Part shown: in pieces, positions 39,467 through 47,073 of the stretch
Layout of the letters: the number at the start of each line of letters is the position of its first letter
Position numbering within the stretch: the stretch's first letter is position 1
UHGV virus genome: UHGV-1374897
From: a virus
Strand: one strand, 5' to 3'
DNA length: 64,000 bases
Notes under the pieces: generated by a model
Database searches by the model: none
What the model was told of the DNA's origin: nothing
What the model saw: the letters and a program-made list of their open reading frames with translations, nothing else
Translations under genes and position numbers: made by a program

Positions 39467-39710
39467 ATATCTACTGGAAACCTTCTTAATGGAATACCCG
39501 CGAGCAGGAATCATTGCGGTGATTCATCGAAACTACCGTATCGCTATGTTCCCCTATCACAGGAATGAGGATGAGAAGGGACTTCCGACAAGAGACTTCG
39601 CCCTCGAAATGGCAATCGAACTTCGTGACAAGATTAAGAAATGCACGACGGAAGAATCCGACACGGGGATTACCTTCGTCGAAAAGGAACAACCAATCTT
39701 CAATGACTAA
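39453..39710 (+). CDS. Small paralog 7 of 7 (divergent subfamily C), 85 aa
   Basis: IAMFPYHRNEDEKGLPTRDFALEMAIELRDKIKK. Confidence 0.5.
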   Translation: MTNDKYLLETFLMEYPRAGIIAVIHRNYRIAMFPYHRNEDEKGLPTRDFALEMAIELRDKIKKCTTEESDTGITFVEKEQPIFND

Positions 39711-40140
39711 CAAACGCAGATTCAAAAAGGGAGACCTTGTTCGGTTCATCAACACAGGAAGACATCCCGGGAGATGTCTAGGTCTAGTGGAAGGTTCCCT
39801 CATGTATGTTCAAGAGGTTGAGGATAATAACTTCGAAATCCTTGTCAAGGACAGAGACAACGCATGGAGGCGGCTTCCCTTCTACGAGTTTGAGCTAGTG
39901 GAAGAGACCGAACATGAAGTCTTCGTCCGATACACACGGGACGAGGCTATCATCCTCTTCAACTATCAGCCCGTTCTCCGCATACCTACCAGATATAAGC
40001 TGGGCGACCAAGAGGTTGACATGTGCTGTGAGGTAGAGGACTGGGCTAATCAAATCGTTGAGGACCTTAACGAGCATGTCATATTACCAGATATAAACAA
40101 AACCAAAAACGAAAATGAAAGCAGGACCCGGAAAAGTTAA
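39703..40140 (+). CDS. Hypothetical protein with N-terminal SH3/KOW-like KKGDLVRF..TGR domain
   Basis: Longer ORF call is 39565..40140; the likely start is MTNKRRFKKGD. Paralogous N-terminal domain with the next gene. Confidence 0.45.
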   Translation: MTNKRRFKKGDLVRFINTGRHPGRCLGLVEGSLMYVQEVEDNNFEILVKDRDNAWRRLPFYEFELVEETEHEVFVRYTRDEAIILFNYQPVLRIPTRYKLGDQEVDMCCEVEDWANQIVEDLNEHVILPDINKTKNENESRTRKS

Positions 40141-40630
40141 GACCAGATTTAAGTGCGGGGACATCGTTCGCAGAGTAGATACGGGGAGATGCGGGACCTG
40201 CGGGGATAGCATCCCAACAGGGTCTATCCTCCGGGTAATGTCCGACGAGGATGTTGCTGGTGTCGTTCGTGTCCATTACCCTCAAGCGGATAGTGAAGAC
40301 GAAGAGATACAGGATGTCATGTGGTATGAAATCGAACCCGTACCCACGGAAGCCAAGGTAGAAGTAACCTCGGATATAGTTCGAGTTAAGTTGGACACCT
40401 ATGTTGTCGCAGGAATTACCAACGAAATCCCCACCCCGTTGGGCACTCTTCATTTCAAGCAATGGGGTGAAGAGATTGCCCAGTCGATGGCTAACATCAT
40501 TAACCTTCAAATCTCATTGGGGAAGCTAACCCCTGACGGAATCAAAGTAGAAAAAACTAATGACAAGGAAAGACAAGATAAAGGAAATACAGAAGTGGGC
40601 GGGAACTTCACCCGACGGTATCCTTGGTGA
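40115..40630 (+). CDS. Hypothetical protein with N-terminal SH3/KOW-like KCGDIVRRVDTGR domain
   Basis: Shares a GD.VR...TGR...GS...V...ED..W.E.E.V pattern with the 39703 gene. Confidence 0.45.
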   Translation: MKAGPGKVKTRFKCGDIVRRVDTGRCGTCGDSIPTGSILRVMSDEDVAGVVRVHYPQADSEDEEIQDVMWYEIEPVPTEAKVEVTSDIVRVKLDTYVVAGITNEIPTPLGTLHFKQWGEEIAQSMANIINLQISLGKLTPDGIKVEKTNDKERQDKGNTEVGGNFTRRYPW

Positions 40631-41318
40631 TAAGACCATTGATGCTATATGGAAGAAGATACAACCCACGGTTTCCGTGGAACCCGATGAACAACCCAAC
40701 GATTCCCCGGTATCCGCGGCATACGTGTCCCCGGCAGAGCTTGTCCGCAAGGGCATGGCTAAGAAGATTCTCAACATGGAGGATTACAAGATTACCGGGC
40801 CGGAATCTCTGCGCGTAACTCGCCTCCCCTCTGGCGACGGCGGCGGCACGTGGGAGATTGCCGGTATCTGTGATGGGATTGAACCCAAGGAATTCAATCT
40901 AATCAAATCCATGTTGGACCGGGGCGATAGAGAAGCGGCATGGGATGAATGCCTCCGCTATGTTCTCGCTAATACGGAACCACTGGTTGCCAAGGGAGTT
41001 GCAGGATGCTACGCCATTGAGTTCATGCTTCGCGACATGACCTTCAACATGGGTGTGGCGGGAACGACTAAGGTCGTCCAGCGCATGCTCGACATTGGTA
41101 TTGACGGCAAGTGGGGGAAAAATACCCAAGCCAAATGGACACATGCCATTCAATCATGGGATGAAATGGTAGTCCTCGATTTGCTGGACCGTGCTTGTCG
41201 TGCCCGCTATCATTCCATTGTAAGGGCCAATCCGGTGAAGGAAAAGTTCCTTACGGGCTGGATGAACCGATGCGATGCACGACATGCTTACGCCCTAACT
41301 CTGTTGTCAAGGAAATAA
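40560..41318 (+). CDS. Putative endolysin: GH108-like muramidase with peptidoglycan-binding segments
   Basis: GILGDKTIDAIWKKIQ and VQRMLDIGIDGKWGKNTQAKW resemble PG-binding helices. SGDGGGTWEIAGI resembles the GH108 catalytic region. Confidence 0.5.
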   Translation: MTRKDKIKEIQKWAGTSPDGILGDKTIDAIWKKIQPTVSVEPDEQPNDSPVSAAYVSPAELVRKGMAKKILNMEDYKITGPESLRVTRLPSGDGGGTWEIAGICDGIEPKEFNLIKSMLDRGDREAAWDECLRYVLANTEPLVAKGVAGCYAIEFMLRDMTFNMGVAGTTKVVQRMLDIGIDGKWGKNTQAKWTHAIQSWDEMVVLDLLDRACRARYHSIVRANPVKEKFLTGWMNRCDARHAYALTLLSRK

Positions 41319-41330
41319 GTGGGGAATTTT

Positions 41331-41360
41331 CTTGACCCGTTAAACCCCAAATGATAACAT
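41331..41360 (+). promoter_or_regulatory. Sigma70-like promoter TTGACC-N18-TAACAT, followed by hairpin GGCGGCAAGG/CCTTGCCGCC abutting the start codon of gene 41386
   Basis: TTGACC at 41331-41336 and TAACAT at 41355-41360. Confidence 0.35.
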
Positions 41361-41385
41361 GGCGGCAAGGTAATTCCTTGCCGCC

Positions 41386-41808
41386 ATGTTTAAATTCGTC
41401 GCACAGCTTAACACCATTGACGGCAACGTGTGGACTTTGCTTCTCACTCGTATCGTCGATGAAATGTCTCCCGCATATCTCGTATTTGTGGGAGTTATTT
41501 ACGTGGCAGTAAAGCTGGCATATAAGTACCTCTCAAAAAAGATAGAGTTTAGTCTTGACAAGGAGAAGTCCTTTCTCATATTATTGCAAGAAGCTCTAAG
41601 AGTTATATCCGAGTTGGATGATTCTCTAGACCAATTACATGGAAAAATAGACAATCTACGAAGCGACCATGAAGAGATAATCGACCGCGCCTTCTGCGCT
41701 ATCTCGCAACAAGATACACCCCCCTCCGACAGAAATGAAACTATTCAATCTGTTCCGAAAAAGCCCCGAGCAGGAACAACTCGAAAACGAGTTGTCTCGG
41801 AATCTTAG
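41386..41808 (+). CDS. Membrane-anchored protein: holin or spanin candidate
   Basis: N-terminal TM helix LVFVGVIYVAVKLAYKYL followed by a coiled-coil. Adjacent to the endolysin. Confidence 0.4.
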   Translation: MFKFVAQLNTIDGNVWTLLLTRIVDEMSPAYLVFVGVIYVAVKLAYKYLSKKIEFSLDKEKSFLILLQEALRVISELDDSLDQLHGKIDNLRSDHEEIIDRAFCAISQQDTPPSDRNETIQSVPKKPRAGTTRKRVVSES

Positions 41809-42247
41809 TCAGTTGCAAAAACGAATTCGCGCGTGTGGCGAAAAGATTCATGCACGGAATCAATTCTATGCCTCCCTTCCTCTTGGTCGCGAGGGTGAGC
41901 TAAAACTGCCCAGAAACCAATGGGCCTATTTTTTACGAGGGAAAGTAGGAATTCGTTATGACGGCGAGACCCTTACCTCTTCGGTTACACAGGTTAAAAC
42001 TCGTGAAGAAGTTCAACTGCCAAGAATTATTGACGCGGAGAGAAGCCATAAATTACTTGTCATACGAGGATATGTTATTGACAGGAGAACAAACCGCACC
42101 TATTATCGGGGCGAGACAGTAAGTTTTCAGCGGGGAGAACCAATGCAATTAACGTTGAACGGACATGTGCACATGTTGTGGACACCCCCGCTTCCCGGTG
42201 CAATCATGCCGTTCTATCAAACCAATATACATGGCCTTAATTCCTAA
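41735..42247 (+). CDS. Hypothetical protein, 170 aa
   Basis: ORF. Confidence 0.4.
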   Translation: MKLFNLFRKSPEQEQLENELSRNLSQLQKRIRACGEKIHARNQFYASLPLGREGELKLPRNQWAYFLRGKVGIRYDGETLTSSVTQVKTREEVQLPRIIDAERSHKLLVIRGYVIDRRTNRTYYRGETVSFQRGEPMQLTLNGHVHMLWTPPLPGAIMPFYQTNIHGLNS

Positions 42248-45122
42248 CACTCCGGCCTCCAACCCACAGCCTCCGACGATACCCATTGGAACCACGGATT
42301 CCTCGTGGCGCAATGGGTTCAGTCCTGACAGGCCAATGGGTGAGCCGATAATTAACTTTCCCACTCCTGTGGTAAAGAACGTGATGTTCTTCGTTGAGAG
42401 GATTGCCAAGAATCCCAGCGAGATTACCATTGAATTGGGAACTCCGTTCGTACCCACCGCAGGTACGACCTTCCTCCCGTTCATGCGGGATGCAGTTCTC
42501 GTGCATGTCGAACCCGTCAATGAGGCGGCGAGACAGCACGTTTATCGTTTCTACTACATGGTCCCGCCGGAACAGCAGTTCCGATATAACATTCAGGACA
42601 TGAAGAAAATCCGTGACGGCTATACGTTGAAAGATACTGCCGCTACGGGTAAGTTCATGGGTCCGGATGCAGACACGGAAGAGTTGAAGGACTTCTACGA
42701 GATTACACGGGAATGGGTGGAACCCACGGATTCCGCGTATGCCCCGCTCCCTCTTGGCTCGTTTGACCCCAGCAACGAAAAGCTTGACCCTGACTTCTAT
42801 GACCAGCATTTCTACACGGCATACGATGCCCAGCTGGTATATGAAGAAGTAGCCCAGTTCGAAGAGGAACACCTGCGCAAGTACTTTCGTAGGGTCATCC
42901 GTGTGTATAAAACCCTGCCCGGCCCGGTGGTTAAAGAGTTCGTCCCTTATAACATTTGGCAGAAGGGAGATACGGTGTGGGATGAAGGTGGTCCGGGAAC
43001 GTCCCTGCCCGAATCTGAATGGGTGGCGCAGACTGCAATTAAGTTATCGAGAGAGGTCTGGGCCGCGCCGCTTTGGCCCGTCGATGGCGGAGGGAAGGAA
43101 CCGGGACAGGCTCGCATTCCTCACATGCCCCTCCTTGAACTGGACAATAAGCCCGTTAGTGCTGGCTGGGACAAGGGCAGTTATCCGAGTACGCAGATGT
43201 ACACCCTTGTATCTATGTACAAACGGAACAGTAACATTGCGGAGAAAGAGGAACAGAACAGCCTCTCCGGTAATTGTTGTAACCCTGATTCCCGTTTTGT
43301 CCGGTGCATCAATACAACCGTGACGACTAGCCAGTCCGTTGACTGGACAGCGAACGGCAATGTCCCGGCGATTGACCCTCCTGACCCCGGCGAGAACTGT
43401 AGCCAATGGCGTGTAGATTCCTCTGTGGTGGTCCATGAAGGATATAGCCACAAGGAAACGCGAAAGAGTTGCACCACCTACGACCAGATTGATGAATTCT
43501 GGGAATCCTCGTTTGACAGGATAACCAATCAGGTCTATCCTGTACTGCGGAAGATTGTACATAATCCGAGCACTGACTTCGATACCGATTGGCAGAAGGA
43601 AGGATTCACCAAATACACGGATGCCGTGGGCAATACCTACTATGGCCGGAAGCTGGAAACCCCGGAAACCGAGGAAGCCATTACCATCCCCGACACGCCG
43701 TGGACCAAAATCGGATATAACCTTTCTGACTTTACTGCGGTTGAGGATTCGGTCCCGGCCACGGGTATGCTCCATACCATGTCCCTCATCAATGGATGGA
43801 ACGACCCCAGTTACCCCCAGTTCGCGAATACTTTTGCATTGCTCGGCTCGTTTAGTACGGACAACCAGCATGCTGACCGAGGTATGAACGTGGGCATCCG
43901 GTTTAAGGGTATGCGCTGGTGGAACATATATATCCAGAACAGCTATCCCGAAGTCCAATCCCCCGGCACGATTGAAGCAGGATATTATTACAACGCCCCC
44001 AACCCTGACGGTCCGTGGCTGACACAGAACGGCCAGTACAAGATTGGGATGGAAGCGATTATCCGTGATACCCTCTATGCGGAGGGCGTAACGAGCGCAC
44101 CGTGGACGTTCCCACTGGGCGTCATGGATGGTACTGCCATCTACCAGCGAGCCAATGGATATAACCCAGAGATGAAATTCTCCGCGGGCACATTGCCCTC
44201 TGGTATTGGCAACGTATATCTGGATGTGGAGAACGGCCAGCTGAACATGACCGCCATTGTCATTAACCCCAATGGCAATGCCATCAATGGAATCATCCCC
44301 ATCCACATCAACGGGACAGAGGTCTTTAATATTGAGGTAGTCACGACTAGCAATACAGGACAACCCGACCTGCCGGAACCTACGGTCAATACATCGAACG
44401 GCGCGAAGACTAAATACCGTGCCGGGAACTATGTCCTTAACGCCGCAGTTGCCGAGAAGATTACCCTGACCTACGACGGAACGAAGTTCCCCTACTTCCA
44501 GTTCGGTGTCACTATATGCAGTCTCCGAGGCAATACGTTCAAGGTCACGATGAGCGACAAAATTCAGCGCGTCGTCCTGCGCCAATGGGTGAACCCCTGC
44601 TACGCCGTAGATAGTTACATGCAGATTCCGGGAATCGGGTACTACAAAAAATATACTACGACGATGAACTACAGTTTTCCCGCCGTGCTCGGTACAGTTC
44701 GTTGGGTTCCGTGGACTACGAGGCCCGACCTTTCTGGCAAGAATGCTGGACAGTACTTCCCGCAGACCACGATGAAGAGGGACAGCTATTCCGGTCCCTG
44801 CACTGCCGTGGTTGAAGAGGCATTCTCCCCTGACGGTACATGGCCTAAGGGCTGGGGCCTAGGTACTTCACCGCAGTTCACGACGAACAGCGGGTACTTC
44901 TCCACGCCGCTTTGCGATTACCGTATGCCCGCATGTCTCCATGCGCCCATGAATGTCTCCGTAACAATCGGCAATCAGGATGCCAAGTGGCTTCCCGGTG
45001 CGTTCAATACCACGTTCGCCGGAACCTCCGAGACTGACTGGAAACCCGTGACCTCCTATTACGCATCCCCATGGAACGGCGGCATGTTGTGCAAGAAAGT
45101 AACAATCTATCCTCCCAATTAA
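42231..45122 (+). CDS. Large structural (tail or receptor-binding) protein, about 963 aa
   Basis: Longer ORF call is 42165..45122; the probable start is the ATG at 42231. Asn/Gly/Thr/Trp-rich beta-type composition. Confidence 0.5.
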   Translation: MALIPNTPASNPQPPTIPIGTTDSSWRNGFSPDRPMGEPIINFPTPVVKNVMFFVERIAKNPSEITIELGTPFVPTAGTTFLPFMRDAVLVHVEPVNEAARQHVYRFYYMVPPEQQFRYNIQDMKKIRDGYTLKDTAATGKFMGPDADTEELKDFYEITREWVEPTDSAYAPLPLGSFDPSNEKLDPDFYDQHFYTAYDAQLVYEEVAQFEEEHLRKYFRRVIRVYKTLPGPVVKEFVPYNIWQKGDTVWDEGGPGTSLPESEWVAQTAIKLSREVWAAPLWPVDGGGKEPGQARIPHMPLLELDNKPVSAGWDKGSYPSTQMYTLVSMYKRNSNIAEKEEQNSLSGNCCNPDSRFVRCINTTVTTSQSVDWTANGNVPAIDPPDPGENCSQWRVDSSVVVHEGYSHKETRKSCTTYDQIDEFWESSFDRITNQVYPVLRKIVHNPSTDFDTDWQKEGFTKYTDAVGNTYYGRKLETPETEEAITIPDTPWTKIGYNLSDFTAVEDSVPATGMLHTMSLINGWNDPSYPQFANTFALLGSFSTDNQHADRGMNVGIRFKGMRWWNIYIQNSYPEVQSPGTIEAGYYYNAPNPDGPWLTQNGQYKIGMEAIIRDTLYAEGVTSAPWTFPLGVMDGTAIYQRANGYNPEMKFSAGTLPSGIGNVYLDVENGQLNMTAIVINPNGNAINGIIPIHINGTEVFNIEVVTTSNTGQPDLPEPTVNTSNGAKTKYRAGNYVLNAAVAEKITLTYDGTKFPYFQFGVTICSLRGNTFKVTMSDKIQRVVLRQWVNPCYAVDSYMQIPGIGYYKKYTTTMNYSFPAVLGTVRWVPWTTRPDLSGKNAGQYFPQTTMKRDSYSGPCTAVVEEAFSPDGTWPKGWGLGTSPQFTTNSGYFSTPLCDYRMPACLHAPMNVSVTIGNQDAKWLPGAFNTTFAGTSETDWKPVTSYYASPWNGGMLCKKVTIYPPN

Positions 45123-45127
45123 AGCTC

Positions 45128-45871
45128 ATGGCATTTATTACTAAATCCTATTTGACCTATCGCAATGTTTGCGACGAGCTTTGTATGCTCATCACAAACC
45201 AGCCGCCATCCAAGTCCAATGTTGACTTCCGTCGCATATTGAAGGAAGCGCAGAACCTCCTGCTCAATGAGGCCACGGTATCCCCGGATTCCGTGGATAC
45301 CTTGGACTTTGAAGGAATCCCTCGCGGGGGTTCTATCTCCCTGCCCGAAGAGTATGATAGTATTGTCGAGGCATGGTCGCCCAGCGGTAAGAAATACAAC
45401 ATCATCGACCGGGCCATGTTCGAAAGCAACACTTGGTTCCGTTCCGAATATCCGAAGCACGATAGCGGCTATCATGCTATCATGCTGGACATGGGGCTGA
45501 ATGAACAGAACCTCCGCACCTACTCGGTATTGTCTGGCAGTAACGGCATCAACGACAACCCCGCGAGCAACGTCATGACGGTTTCGGCACGGTGCGCATT
45601 GCGCGGCCTGTCTCTTAACATTTATGATGACGCGGCATGGGAGGACAAGGAGGTTCGTATCTACCCCGGATGTCTTCCCGCATTGAAGGCGATGATGCTG
45701 GCCGTGGTCTATAATGAACAGGGCAACACCCAAATGGGGACGGACAGCTACGGCCTTGCCGTCAAATACCTGAATGACCACCTGCGCAAATATCGTCAGG
45801 GAACGTATCAGGCTCCGAACATTATTCAGAATGGCGGCATCATGCAATGCCCCGGACTTAACCTCATGTAA
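45128..45871 (+). CDS. Hypothetical protein, about 247 aa
   Basis: ORF. The start follows the stop of 42231..45122. Confidence 0.45.
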   Translation: MAFITKSYLTYRNVCDELCMLITNQPPSKSNVDFRRILKEAQNLLLNEATVSPDSVDTLDFEGIPRGGSISLPEEYDSIVEAWSPSGKKYNIIDRAMFESNTWFRSEYPKHDSGYHAIMLDMGLNEQNLRTYSVLSGSNGINDNPASNVMTVSARCALRGLSLNIYDDAAWEDKEVRIYPGCLPALKAMMLAVVYNEQGNTQMGTDSYGLAVKYLNDHLRKYRQGTYQAPNIIQNGGIMQCPGLNLM

Positions 45872-45873
45872 TC

Positions 45874-46971
45874 ATGGCTACCAAACGTACAGACATATCG
45901 AGCGAGACGAGCGCGAGCGGGGGCATCCCCGCCGCCAAGTCCATTAAGCAGAAGACGATGGACGAGGTGCTTCCGAAGACGAACCCCGACATCCCCCTCC
46001 GTCCAATGAATAACAACGACCCGAACAAACCCGTCGACGCGAAGGAGATGAACACCATCGCCGCGGCCAATAGTAACCACGGCATCAAGAATCCCCCCGC
46101 ATCCGCGGCTCCCACGGCGGCCCAGTCTCCTAGTCCCTATGGGCGGGGGATTACTGAGGTCGACCCCAACAGCGCGGCCTACGCCGCCCAGCAACGGGCG
46201 ACCTATGCGGCGGGCATGCAACAAGCCGCGGCGGGGAAACTCTCTGCGGAGGACAGGCTTATGCTTCGTGGCGTGGACCAGAACATAAGCCGTGGGCAGA
46301 TGCCTGTCATATCTCCGACTATGCCGACACAAGCGACGGCTTCCACGGGTTCCAAGGGTTCCGCTCCAACCGCTAGCCCCGACACCTCTATGGCTGGGTT
46401 CTATGCGTATGCGGAGAAGAAGCTTGGCCCGGAGAAGTTCCAGATATTCATGAACATGCCGGATGCGGATAGGAACGCGATGTATAGCAAGTTTGTAGAG
46501 AGCCAGACCAAGAACGTGCCCGCCGCGGGAGCTACCGCGGGAACTACTGCCGCCCCCTCTGGCTCTAGGTTCCCCGCCTCTGCTCTCCCCTCCGGCAATT
46601 CCTCCATACCTACGAGCGTCCCGACGACTGCGGGTACTGGCACGGCCGAGAATATGCTACGAACCTTGAGGGATGAAACCGCCAGCCCCGAAGCGAGAGC
46701 ACAGGCGCAAACATACCTCCGCGTCCGAACCATGTACGCCCAGCCGGAAAAGTTTGGTAAGGAGATTAAGACCCTCGAAAAACTGGAACGGGCTAAAATA
46801 CAAGAACTGCGCAACATGTTCAGGAATCGGCACAACATCCGGGACCCCCGCTTCGCTCGGCAATACGCGCAGTATAAAGCCCTACAGAAGAAAGACCCGC
46901 AAGCGAGGCTCGCCCTCTACACTGAACTGATGAAGGGACCGGAGTTCACTCACTTGGACTTCCGAAAATAA
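45874..46971 (+). CDS. Ala/Pro/Thr-rich low-complexity protein, 365 aa
   Basis: ORF with a basic helical C-terminus. Confidence 0.45.
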   Translation: MATKRTDISSETSASGGIPAAKSIKQKTMDEVLPKTNPDIPLRPMNNNDPNKPVDAKEMNTIAAANSNHGIKNPPASAAPTAAQSPSPYGRGITEVDPNSAAYAAQQRATYAAGMQQAAAGKLSAEDRLMLRGVDQNISRGQMPVISPTMPTQATASTGSKGSAPTASPDTSMAGFYAYAEKKLGPEKFQIFMNMPDADRNAMYSKFVESQTKNVPAAGATAGTTAAPSGSRFPASALPSGNSSIPTSVPTTAGTGTAENMLRTLRDETASPEARAQAQTYLRVRTMYAQPEKFGKEIKTLEKLERAKIQELRNMFRNRHNIRDPRFARQYAQYKALQKKDPQARLALYTELMKGPEFTHLDFRK

Positions 46972-46993
46972 TTTGTCATAATTAATATTTCAC

Positions 46994-47048
46994 TTGACCC
47001 TTGCCCCACTCATGATAGGATAGCGAAGACCCACATGAGTGGGGCAAA
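46994..47048 (+). promoter_or_regulatory. Promoter TTGACC-N16-TAGGAT for the giant gene, with a 14-bp perfect inverted repeat clamped around the -10 box
   Basis: TTGACC at 46994-46999 and TAGGAT at 47016-47021. Inverted-repeat arms TTGCCCCACTCATG (47001-47014) and CATGAGTGGGGCAA (47034-47047). Confidence 0.5.
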
Positions 47049-47073
47049 CTTATTATACTAATACTCAACAAAT

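Noticed and set aside
43044-44585. 513-aa minus-strand ORF fully embedded in gene 42231..45122. Similar embedded antisense ORFs occur at 23833-25002, 48508-49521, 52099-53184, 33931-35001, 31159-32268, 18741-19646, 20999-21661, 9035-9778, 9842-10591 and 5441-6073.
   Set aside because: They are antisense shadows of strongly coding + strand genes. They show Arg/Val/Gly-rich low-complexity translations, lack start context, and are entirely contained within well-supported genes.
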